From: Octopus vulgaris
Lineage: Eukaryota
Direction of reading: 5' to 3'
DNA length: 64,000 nt
Assembly: GCA_951406725.2 (NCBI GenBank)
Contig: OX597838.1
Location: 31,248,001-31,312,000 of the forward strand
A program made the position numbers and the translations under genes. This document shows, piece by piece, positions 14,540 through 24,079 of the stretch; the stretch's first letter is position 1, and each line of letters begins with the position of its first letter. The notes beneath the pieces were generated by a model, which saw only the letters and a program-made list of their open reading frames with translations, ran no database searches and was not told the origin of the DNA.

Positions 14540-14713
14540 TTACGGAGATGTACTCGCAAAGCAAGTGATGCAGCACGAATTTTTGTCAGTGAACAGGTCG
14601 TGGATTTTAACGACGAAAATATTTTGACAAATTAAACTTAAATGTTGAAGTGAATCGAACGGCTTTTGTGTGTTTCTTAAATGGCTTACAAACACCTTCC
14701 ACGCTGCAATTGT
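14540..14713 (+). mobile_element. Penelope-like (pLTR-type) insertion carrying a hammerhead motif
   Basis: Flanked by a 12-bp direct repeat tatctttaaaaa (14528-14539 and 14714-14725). Contains a minimal hammerhead fold and is homologous to 16005-16120. Confidence 0.6.
14582..14631 (+). ncRNA. type I minimal hammerhead ribozyme motif with G3-C8 core variant
   Basis: Stem I TTTGTCA/TGACAAA; core GTGAACA; one extra G; stem II GTCGT/ACGAC; GAAA; palindromic stem III AATATT; UH with predicted cut after 14624. Confidence 0.6.
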
Positions 14714-14745
14714 TATCTTTAAAAAGCTTTTACACATCTATGTTG

Positions 14746-15130
14746 GAGCTTCCACTCAACTATGATAGAGCTTCCACTCAACTGTGACAGAGCTCCCACT
14801 CAACTTATGACAGAGCTCCCACTCAACTTATGACAGAGCTCCCACTCAACTTATGACAGAGCTCCCACTCAACTTATGACAGAGCTCCCACTCAACTTAT
14901 GACAGAGCTCCCACTCAACTTATGACAGAGCTCCCACTCAACTTATGACAGAGCTCCCACTCAACTTATGACAGAGCTCCCACTCAACTTATGACAGAGC
15001 TCCCACTCAACTTATGACAGAGCTCCCACTCAACTTATGACAGAGCTCCCACTCAACTGTGACACAGCTTCTACTCAACTGTGACAGAGCTACCACTCAA
15101 CTATGACAGAGCTTCCACTAAACTATCTTT
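14746..15130. repeat. 23-bp minisatellite (gacagagctcccactcaacttat)
   Basis: 11 perfect units at 14786-15038, flanked by 22-bp variant units. Confidence 0.97.
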
Positions 15131-15405
15131 AAAAAAAAGGCTTTCATTCAACTACATCAGGGCATTCACTCAACTACTTCAAAAATTTCATTCCATATTC
15201 TAAACTTAATGCACGACACTTTGGAAGTAAAAAGTTTTGCAGAGAAACTAGAAAAGGAAAAACTGAGCAATCTTACGTTAAAAGGTTTACTCAGGTGGGG
15301 ACTGTTGAATGAAGAAATCAAAAAGTCTAGTGATAACATGTTTACATCTAAGAGAGTTCCTGACAGCAAAGACACAGACGGTAACAAGGAAGAGCAAATA
15401 CTTAC

Positions 15406-15657
15406 TGCTGATGGGACTCCCATCTTTGAAGGTGACTGACAGCCCTCATCTCCATGAATAAGAGAACCAGAAGCAGAGTTTTTATCATCGTTCATGGGGT
15501 TGATGAAGATGGAGAGAAGATCGTCCATTTCACATCCAATATCATCTCCAATGCCATCTTCTATAGCTGAGGGGAAGAGGGCATCTGTATTAAGGTCCCC
15601 TAGGTGGTAGGTAGGATCCATCGAATGCTCTCCACGATGGAGTGAGTGGTTACTGGC
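15406..15657 (-). CDS. MED13: MED13 exon (ASNHSLHRG...KMGVPSA), acidic linker
   Basis: Open frame between cag and gtaag; 252 nt, phase 0-0, between two conserved exons. Confidence 0.88.
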
Positions 15658-15913
15658 CTGCAACGAGACAAAAACAATACAAAAATCATTTCATTTCCAA
15701 ACTTGTGTAACCAAGATAAAATAATCAAAATACTAAAATCTTGTTATGATTAATAAAAGACTAAAAAATAAATATATAATTAAATGACAAAGCAATTATG
15801 TTCTTTGCCTTATTAATCTTTATCTCGAGAGATGAAAAATATAATTTAATAATTATGTCTATAACAGCGACACATCATAGAAGACTTTTTACTGTAAAAA
15901 TCAAAGAGTATGA

Positions 15914-16120
15914 AATTCCCTTCAAATATATCTCACAAGGTGTTAAAGTTGTCGTCCCCTGACTGTAACCTGCTCACTGACCTACTTTCAGGACCTACAG
16001 GAGAATTGTGTCAGTGACCAGGTTGCAGTTGTACAAAAACCTTCACACCTCGCGAAATAATTTTGAAGTGAATTATAACAGTTTTGTTTGTTATTAAATG
16101 GCTCAAATGGTTGTTTGACA
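15914..16120. mobile_element. inverted pair of decayed Penelope-like pLTR fragments with G3-C8 hammerhead cores
   Basis: The arms aacctgctcactgac and gtcagtgaccaggtt are reverse complements. Cores GTGAGCA (minus, 15971-15977) and GTGACCA (plus, 16014-16020). Downstream gaagtgaat...ttaaatggct is shared with 14540-14713. Confidence 0.55.
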
Positions 16121-16233
16121 ATGTAGCTTCAACACACAGACACACAAGTCATCTGATAGAGAAGTACAATTCCAAAAGGTCGTCATGTAGGTATAAATAT
16201 TAAATTAATTTTAGCCTCAAAGCAGACACTTAA

Positions 16234-16630
16234 CGCTTTAGCATTCAGATAATTCTGTCAAACTTTTTGAATTAATCAAGCATTACCTCTTAGCTTCATG
16301 ATTTAGATGATGTGACTGTTTATTTTTAGAATGACATTGTAGTGAAGGTCCAAGAGGCTGGATCTGGCCAGTTTGATCAGAGAATTGGTAGAATATTAGG
16401 ATCAAATCAGGCCAGTTTAACCCTTTCGTGTTTAAGCCAGCTATACTTGGCCCAAATATTCTACCTGTTTTAAGTTGAAACCAGTCAGATCTGGTCTCTC
16501 ACACTTATCCTACAATGTCATTCTAAAAGTAAATAATCACACCATTCAAAATCTTGAAGCTATAAGATTAATCCAAAACAATGTAAATAAATAAATATAA
16601 CATTTGATAAAGTATCTGAATACTAAAGGG
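16234..16630. mobile_element. two piggyBac-type family-1 MITEs in inverted, nested arrangement
   Basis: The first copy runs to an internal TTAA (16417-16420), where an oppositely oriented copy (CCC at 16421 to AGGG at 16630) begins. Confidence 0.75.
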
Positions 16631-16713
16631 TTGAATTGACTGTAGTACTTATAATCAAGGAACAACAATAATCTGAATGCAATTCTTTAACAAAAAAGGT
16701 GTAACGGTTTTAC

Positions 16714-16982
16714 CTGTGCTGTGGCTGAGGTAGGAAATACCAGGATATGTGTACAGGATGCATCACGTGGAGTTTGTAAGGGGCAATTGCTACTCATCTT
16801 TTCTTCAACTTTTACTGAATCAAAAATAATTCTAAAGGAAGACTGGGGCTCCATGGAAACAAGACACGCACTGAGGATGCAAGGTGTCTCACTGCTAGAC
16901 ATTATGGAACACTGGGTGCACATATCTCTCATTTGCTGACTGGCTTTCATCAAGTTTTTCTTACCCAATAGTTCAGCCCAGC
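16714..16982 (-). CDS. MED13: MED13 exon (GWAELLGKKNL...PCILSACLVSMEPQ...TPRDASCTHILVFPTSATAQ)
   Basis: Conserved ILSACLV.MEPQ and TP.D.SCTHILVFPTSA motifs; canonical splice sites. Confidence 0.95.
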
Positions 16983-17564
16983 CTGTTGAAAGAGAACAAT
17001 TAAACCATAATCAAACAAATGTTAATAATTAAATCTTCTTCTAACGAAAACACACAAAGACAAAATTGTTTTGAGGAAGGATGGGGTGAATAAAAAAATA
17101 AATTCATTCCCCCAGTATTTTACTGGTGCTCTATCTTATTGAACCAGGCAGGATGAAAGTCAACCATGGCATGATTAAACTCATAAAGTGAAAGGGACAT
17201 AATTAAATATCAGATAGCATTTTGTTTGTCATTCTGCCTATTGTACTGCTCTGACACCCTCATAACAATAATTATTATAACAGCATTCGTCACATCAAGA
17301 ATTAGAAGTCGACAATAATGTAAAATTAAAGGTAATATATCAAATTATTACTATAATAGGAAAACTGGGTACCTCAAAAATATAGTACTATAATATTAGA
17401 AGAGTAGAGTTGAGTACCTCAATACTCTAGCATACAGTTATATAGCTAAGTACCTCAAAAGTTACAGTATATTATATAGTAAATATAGTAAATAGTTGTA
17501 TGGCTGTTGTACCTCAATTCTCTAGTATAAAGTAGTACAGTTAGGTACCTCTAGTATAACAGAG

Positions 17565-17835
17565 TAAAGACTTCCTTCAGTCATGAATGACCATGGGATT
17601 GCACCTAGATACCAGCCTCCCCTCTCCATACCACTAATGTTATCCAAGGGAAAGGCAAAGGGGCCAATACAGCTTGGCACCAGTGACACCGCAACTCATT
17701 TCTGCAACTGAGAAAAGAGCAGCAAAGTGAAATAAAGTGTCTTGCTCAAGAACACAACACATCCCCCAGTCTGGGAATCGAACTCATGGTCTCATGATTG
17801 TAAGCCCAATGCTCTAACTGAGTCATGAGCCTTCA
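17565..17835 (-). mobile_element. tRNA-derived SINE, family C (internally deleted)
   Basis: Reverse-complement match to 24080-24416. Confidence 0.75.
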
Positions 17836-17947
17836 CATAACAGGGTACTATGGTACAAATAAAATCTCTCCAACAGTACCAAGGTAAATTGCATGCATAG
17901 AGAGAAAACACATTAAACAGCAACAGGTTTGCTGATTCTCCCCTTAC

Positions 17948-18090
17948 CTTTCAATTCCCCATGGCCAAGTCGACCAAATCGTCCAATAACAAGACGACAT
18001 GGTAGAGTTGTCATAGACACAATTCCAACAATGAAAGTCCATAATTTTTGTAAACCGGCTTTCCTTGCTGAAGCCTTTTTCCGTCGATTA
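17948..18090 (-). CDS. MED13: MED13 exon ([17 protein letters not shown]...[16 protein letters not shown])
   Basis: Conserved SAR..GLQKLW and R.VIGR.GR.GHGELK motifs of the PIWI-like region; canonical sites. Confidence 0.96.
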
Positions 18091-19157
18091 CTGAAATTAG
18101 AAAAGTGATAAGACATTCAGGTGAAAATAATTCATTTTAAAAAAAGAAAAGAAAATATTAATAAATTTTATCAAACTTGCATATAACACATATTACTCTG
18201 CAGTTAGGAAAACCAAAGTCCAATTAGGGGTGGCCTGTTTTTGCAAAAATGCTTAAGTAATGTTAGTAAACATAAGGTGACTTGAATAGTGATGATGCTT
18301 TGTGGTAAGACCTTCTCTAAATTTGCAAACTTGCCTACTTTGCAGACTTGAGCAATAAGAAGTACACCCAGCAACAAAAAAAGTTCCTTTAACAATATGT
18401 AAATGCCAAAATTTTCACGACCTATCAAACCCATGTCAGTATTGAATAACTAAAAGTAGATATCTCAAACTAACATAAGATTATTGATACTAAACAAAGA
18501 GATGTGGGGGACTGAGGGTGGGGGGTGGGGGTAAGCAATATATAAACATTATTGCAGATTTATACTTATAATGTTGAAAAATCAGGTGTAAAATAGTATT
18601 AGGTATTTATCATCGTCAGTGCATTAATGAACTCAAATCAAAACTACATGAGATTATCTCACAGATATTTAGTGATGAAGAATCAAAGTAACTGACAACT
18701 GGTAACTAGAACAGCTTTCAAGGGTGGCCAACATTGAAGAGTTTCAATACTTTGTTACTTGGAATGCCTACAGAAGAGGAAAAAATTGTTCAATGTATGT
18801 TGATCTTAGTTTCATGCCTTGGAGGCTACATCTAACTCCCAAGTCAGGGAAATTTTACAGAAGTTAGGGATACTACTTTAACTCATCTAAATGTTGATAT
18901 AATTAAAAAAAAAACAAAAAAAAACAAATAACCAGCATCCACAAAACATAACAAAGAACTGGACTGGACAATGAGACTACAACCAGGTGCCAGAAATGGC
19001 TCTGTAACTGATGATATCCAGCTTCCTCTTCGCTGTTAGAGCCCAAACATCTAAAAGTGCATCTCTGAGACAACAGAGTTCATGGATATTTGACAAAGAA
19101 TATTTTAGAAAGCACAGAGGTGAGTAAAATGTTGTTTGAGTTCACCAAAAGACTTAC

Positions 19158-19387
19158 CGGTTGGGTATTTCGATATTTATTATACAAGTCTCTTGCATCT
19201 CTCCTCGTTCGTCAGTGCAAGCGGCCAGTAGCCAACGTTGATCTTCACTCAAGCAGTAGCCACAAAACACAATCGTACTTTTTTCAAGTTTTTCGCCACA
19301 AGATTCAGCAAGTGTTGATTGCTTGTCCTTCACCGGTGCCAGAATGAAAGGTGGGCAATAGAGTCTCATCTGTCCAGCTTTTTCAAC
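19158..19387 (-). CDS. MED13: MED13 exon ([18 protein letters not shown]...[37 protein letters not shown])
   Basis: Conserved LY.PPFILAP and GYCLS.DQRW.LA.CTD..GE..ETCIINI motifs; canonical sites. Confidence 0.96.
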
Positions 19388-19559
19388 CTGCATACATCAA
19401 AAGTTAAAAGAATTATCACAATGCTTTCAAACAACACTCATGTTAAACATTACAATAAAATAAAATGAACCGCTGAAATGTCACATGAAAAGTTTATTTT
19501 ATCAAAATATCATTTAGTTGCAGTTCTATATTTAAGAGATGAGGAATTATGTACATTAG

Positions 19560-19698
19560 TTACATTTGATGGATATTTGTCCACCCAGGTTCAAAATTTC
19601 CCTAAGACACCTGATGAAGGCTGGAGGGTATATCAGCCGAAATGTGTTAACAACAAACAAGATGAGGATAAATATTCATCAAATGTAAATAATGTAAA
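19560..19698 (+). mobile_element. Penelope-like fragment with canonical-core hammerhead remnant
   Basis: GACAC-CTGATGA-A-GGCTG[10 nt]CAGCC-GAAA-T-GTGTT at 19606-19648, inside a 23-bp inverted repeat (19560-19582 and 19666-19688). Confidence 0.65.
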
Positions 19699-19759
19699 TC
19701 ATTTATTTCGTTTTTGGATATGGTTTGCAAGATTCTTTATGAGTTCGTGTGTTGAAGCA

Positions 19760-20011
19760 TATTCTGTTCTGTTTGGGAGAGTCATTTTCTTTTTGTGCCT
19801 TATAATGTAACACACTCACCAGTAAAATTTCCACTTTTTTCTTATTTTTATTTCCCTAAAATTTTTGTTGCGTCTTGACTATTGAAATGGTTGCAAGACA
19901 ACGAAAATTTTAGGAAACTAAAAATCAGAAAAAAGTGGAAATTTTACTGATGAGCGTGTTACATTGTAAGGGACAAAGAGAAAATGACTCTCCCCAGACA
20001 CAACAGAGTAA
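19760..20011. mobile_element. foldback/MITE-like palindrome with ~115-bp arms
   Basis: gggagagtcattttct...cagtaaaatttccacttttttct...cctaaaattt is mirrored by aaattttagg...agaaaaaagtggaaattttactg...agaaaatgactctccc. Confidence 0.8.
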
Positions 20012-20289
20012 ATCATTTAGTCACAATCAACAGAATTAGACCCTGATGTCAATGTTCAGACATTGCATCAAAAATTCTCACAACATTCCATCGCTATCTA
20101 ACTTGATTAATCAATAAACACACAAACCAATGAGAACAAGTTATGATCCCACACAGGATAATCCCTGAATTAACACACATAGTGATTAAGACTGACTAGC
20201 AAATACATTAAAATGCTAAATAGGACAACAATATTAAAAAAAGTTAACTACTAACATTATCAGCTTCATTAAAAATGCTGCCAACTTAC

Positions 20290-20472
20290 CTCTTTCTGTT
20301 TAAGGAAAAGTTCGGCATCAGCAGCAGGCCCAAAGCCAGTTAACGATCGTCCTAAGACATTGTGGGCCAAATTCCAGCGGCAAGTAGTAAAAACTGAGAA
20401 TGCCAAAGATTTGAGCATCTGATATTGTGAGCCACATTCTTTTTGATCTATCACAGCCTCAGAGGGAATAAT
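20290..20472 (-). CDS. MED13: MED13 exon (IIPSEAV...LKSLAFSVFTTCR...RSLTGFGPAA...QKE)
   Basis: Conserved LKSLAFS.F..CR and LTGFGP motifs; canonical sites; phase 0-0. Confidence 0.95.
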
Positions 20473-20654
20473 CTGAAAACAAACATAAAATCTCAATGTC
20501 AAAAAGCACCAACATTATTTTCTTCTTAAATGAATTTCTTTAGCATAGAATAATAAAATCATCTTCCTCTGTAACAGAATGGTTTTAGACAATAAAGAAA
20601 ACAGTATGACACCACATTGGAAAATGGTATTATTTAATTGAAAAGGAATTTGAT

Positions 20655-21290
20655 TCTTTTAGTCTTTTACAGGTGTCAGTCATCTGACTATGGCCATGGT
20701 GGGACACCGCCATAAAGGGGTTTTTAGTCAAAGAAATCAAGTCCAGGACTTACTGCATCGATCTCTTTTGCCAAACCACACCTACATCAGTTGTCGAGCA
20801 ATAGTGAGGGGATAAACACAGACACACATACATATATACATTATATATATATATATATATAATATATATATATAATATACAGGTTTGGCCAAAAGTCACC
20901 CAACAGTAAATCAAAATTCCATAAATACTGTCTGTCATTCTGTATTGACTCGAATGGAAAAATGTGTCACTCAAGAAGGACTTCAGTTTGAACAATTTTC
21001 ATGATATTTTATATTGAGATGCTTTTCTTAAATTCATTCAGTTGTTAAACAGAAATCTTGGAATTAAATGGTTTTGATTTACTGTCAGGTGACTTTTGGC
21101 CAACCCTGTATATAATGTATGTATGTATATAATGACGAGCTTCCTTCAGTTTCCATCTACCAAATCCACTTTTGTCAGCCCAAGGCAATAGTAGAAGACA
21201 CTTGCCCTCGGTGCCATGCAGTGGGACAGAACCCAGAGTCGGGCAGTTGGGAAGCAAGTTTCTTACCACACGGCCATACCAGCTGTGCCT
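20655..21290 (-). mobile_element. tRNA-derived SINE, family B, interrupted by a MITE
   Basis: Both halves match the family-B copy at 41634-42027. Confidence 0.75.
20880..21108. mobile_element. Tc1/mariner-type MITE
   Basis: TA|CAGGTTTGGCCAAAAGTCACC...GGTGACTTTTGGCCAACCCTG|TA with ~38-bp TIRs, inserted in the (TA)n tract of the SINE. Confidence 0.85.
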
Positions 21291-21336
21291 ATTGAATATT
21301 AATTATATTTCCCTACTGAAGTTATTAACAGATTAT

Positions 21337-21520
21337 AATAATAATAATAATAATAATGAAATTATTGTATACAGTGCTCAGGTGCACCACAACTTGTCAG
21401 ACAGTGCATATAAAGCACATGCAGTAATGTACAAATGTCTGGAAAGCGAACAATGTATGAGTCAGATACATGGAGGGGAGAAAATCAGGTGTAGTGTTGG
21501 CGAATCTCAGAAAGCATGGA
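21337..21520 (-). mobile_element. 3' end of the same LINE family as 1-580
   Basis: Encodes MLSEIRQHYT*, has the homologous 3' UTR and an (ATT)n tail. Confidence 0.85.
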
Positions 21521-21592
21521 ATTCGAAATGCATTTTCTCAATAAGAATCTGGGTTTAGAGATTATAAGATATCTAAACATAACGTGCTGTGG

Positions 21593-21990
21593 ACACGTAA
21601 CAAACACCATCCGATCGTGGCCATTCGCCAGCCTCGTCTGGCACCTGTGTCGGTGGCACATAAAAAAACACCATCCGAGCGTGGCCGTCTGCCAGCTGGC
21701 ACCTGTGTCTGGCACCACCATGTGGCCGTCTGGCACCTGGTGGCACATAAAAAAACACCATCCGAGCGTCTGGCACGTGGCCGTTGCCAGCCTCGTCTGG
21801 CATCTGTGTCGGTGGCACATAAAATCACCCACTACACTCTCGGAGTGGTTGGCGTTAGGAAGGGCATCCAGCTGTAGAAACACTGCCAGATCTGACTGGC
21901 CTGGTGCAGCCTTCGGGCTCCCCAGACCCCAGTTGAACTGTCCAACCCATGCTAGCATGGAAAGCGGACGTTAAACGATGATGATGATGA
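21593..21990 (+). mobile_element. family-D retroposon with (GAT)n tail and internal tandem subrepeats
   Basis: Ends ggttggcgttaggaagggcatccagc...catggaaagcggacgttaaacgatgatgatg; many copies in the window. Confidence 0.8.
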
Positions 21991-22043
21991 ACACAATACA
22001 AGTAGGAAATGAAACCAAATGCGACCAATCAACATATACTCAC

Positions 22044-22285
22044 TTGTAGACTAACATGGCTTTGCATATGTTCTGGCAAGTTTCTCACAATTTCTTGGTA
22101 GCAGTGCAGTAACCCAATCGTTCCAAGCCTATTAAGGTGGTCCCACTCCTGACAATAGGTGAAAGGATCCACAATATAAATAACTAGAGCCGGGCACTCT
22201 GTGGAACTATCCTCAGATTCTTGTTGTTGTTCATGGATGCCGCCGTCCCGTTGCTGCTGGGAACTGTTGCTGTCAGCACCACCAT
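22044..22285 (-). CDS. MED13: MED13 exon (DGGADS...PALVIYIVDPFTY...GLLHCYQEIVRNLPEHMQSHVSLQ)
   Basis: Conserved PA.VIY..DPF and GLL.C...LP motifs; tag/gtgag sites. Confidence 0.93.
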
Positions 22286-22480
22286 CTACAGCAACAAATA
22301 ATAAATGAATAAAAGAGTTACACAGGATATTACAGATTTTCAATGTCAGGTAGTATGTAGATATATTTGTAAGCTGGGTGGGTTCTAAGGGTCAACACGT
22401 ACCTCCAGTTTTAGAGCTAAGTGAGAGAAAAAGAAATGTCCCCTTCACTAAGATGCTATTATACAGCAGGTATCATTCCT

Positions 22481-22696
22481 GCGAGCTGGCAGAAACGTTA
22501 GCACGACGGGCGAAATGCTTAGCAGTATTTCGTCTGCCACTACGTTCTGAGTTCAAATTCCGCCAAGGTCGACTTTGCCTTTCATCCTTTCGGGGTCGAT
22601 AAATTAAGTACCAGTTACACACTGGGGTCGATGTAATCGACTTAATACCTTTGTCTGTCTCCTCTATGTTTAGCCCCTTGTGGGTAATAAAGAAAT
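22481..22696 (+). mobile_element. tRNA-derived SINE, family A
   Basis: A box tggcagaaacgttag, B box gagttcaaattcc, core gcctttcatcctttcggggtcgataaattaagtaccag; 13-bp TSD aggtatcattcct. Confidence 0.9.
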
Positions 22697-23022
22697 AGGT
22701 ATCATTCCTTGATTTAATTCTTATCCCAACAACTGGATGAAAGCTATGTAAGATGCATATTTCATCCCACTCCAACTCTGAAACATGATTTCACAGATCT
22801 GAACTCACAACCTATGAACATATAATCCAGTAGCTTCCCTTGTTGGCCATCTGCTCTCCATAAACAACATTATTCACAACCATCTGTTAATGTTTAAACT
22901 GACCTTAATCAATGAAGCAGATGAAGGAGGGGTTAAGTTAAAAGAAATAGAAACAGATCACCAGACACTATTATTCTTTTACTTCTAATCCTAGGGGAAG
23001 AGGTTGTGATAGTATATCTTAC

Positions 23023-23109
23023 CCTTACAAAACATATTTCTTATGTTGAGGTCAAATCTAGAGGCCCCTGTCGGTCCTGGTTGATCAAAATATCTGATAG
23101 CTGTGTCAG
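23023..23109 (-). CDS. MED13: probable MED13 cassette exon (ADTAIRYFDQPGPTGASRFDLNIRNMFCK)
   Basis: Open 87-nt phase 1-1 segment between ctcgttag and G|gtaag. No conserved motif, and skipping it keeps the frame. Confidence 0.55.
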
Positions 23110-23618
23110 CTAACGAGGGCAAGATTAAAAATTTTTTTTTTTTTTTTAAAAATTTAAATAAAGGAAATTGCCAGTTGTCCAGACATGCAACTTTCCTCTT
23201 TTCCATGCCACTGATATTCTCTAAGAGAGAGGCTGCCACTTTAGGGTTTTATATATATAGTCTCAATACCAGAACACCAGTATCACTACAGACACTGATG
23301 TCAGAATACAAAGGGATGAAACAGACACCACAAGGTATTTTGCTTGTCCCTCGAACAGCCCTGCTAATCCATCACCCTACATTCATACATTTTTATCAAC
23401 CTTAAAACAATAAAAAAACAAAGTTTGATATCAGTAGGATTTTGAACTCAGAGCACAGAGAGGTTGAACAAATGCTACCAGGCATTCAATCCAACATGAT
23501 GACGACTGACAACTCCTCAACTTGACGTCAAGAAGATAAAAGACAAAGCCCTGTACTCAACCAACTATCTCTCTAATAATTCCTCTCTTTTCCTTCCCCA
23601 CTTTTTACACACACACAC

Positions 23619-23905
23619 AAGAATTTTAATATGAGATGAAGGAATGAACAGGCTTTATTACAAATGACTAAAATTGTTTCAGCTGGCAACTACTGAATGA
23701 GGCATAAATTATACACACTATTGCATTTATAGGATTCAATACTGGCTGTATACATGCGCATCTTCAGGTGAGTAGAGTCCAAACCACTGCTGTGTATAAT
23801 ACAGGTAACATTCAGCAATTATCAGCTGATGATGATATGCTGAAACAATTGTAGTGATTTGTAACAAAGTCTGTTCATTCCTGCTTCTCAAGTTAAAATC
23901 CTTTT
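23619..23905. mobile_element. inverted Penelope-like pLTR fragments with decayed hammerhead motifs
   Basis: ~65-bp inverted repeat (23619-23683 and 23839-23903). CTGAAGA...GAAACAATT on the minus strand and CTGATGA...GAAACAATTGTAGTGA on the plus strand. Confidence 0.55.
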
Positions 23906-24032
23906 GTCTATACTCTATGGATCTTTGCAGATTTCCATACGTATACCCAGTAATGGAAGAAATCCTACTGTATAATAGCACCTGGTAGCCAATATTCGAA
24001 GAGAAGCTTTGGAAAGCACGCTATAAGGTTAT

Positions 24033-24063
<31 letters not shown>

Positions 24064-24079
24064 TTCATACTACACTAAG

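Noticed and set aside
14746-15130. CRISPR-like regular repeat array
   Set aside because: Head-to-tail units without unique spacers, in a eukaryotic intron; it is a minisatellite.
21485-21974. overlapping 80-157 aa ORFs on both strands
   Set aside because: By-products of the GC-richer family-D repeat.
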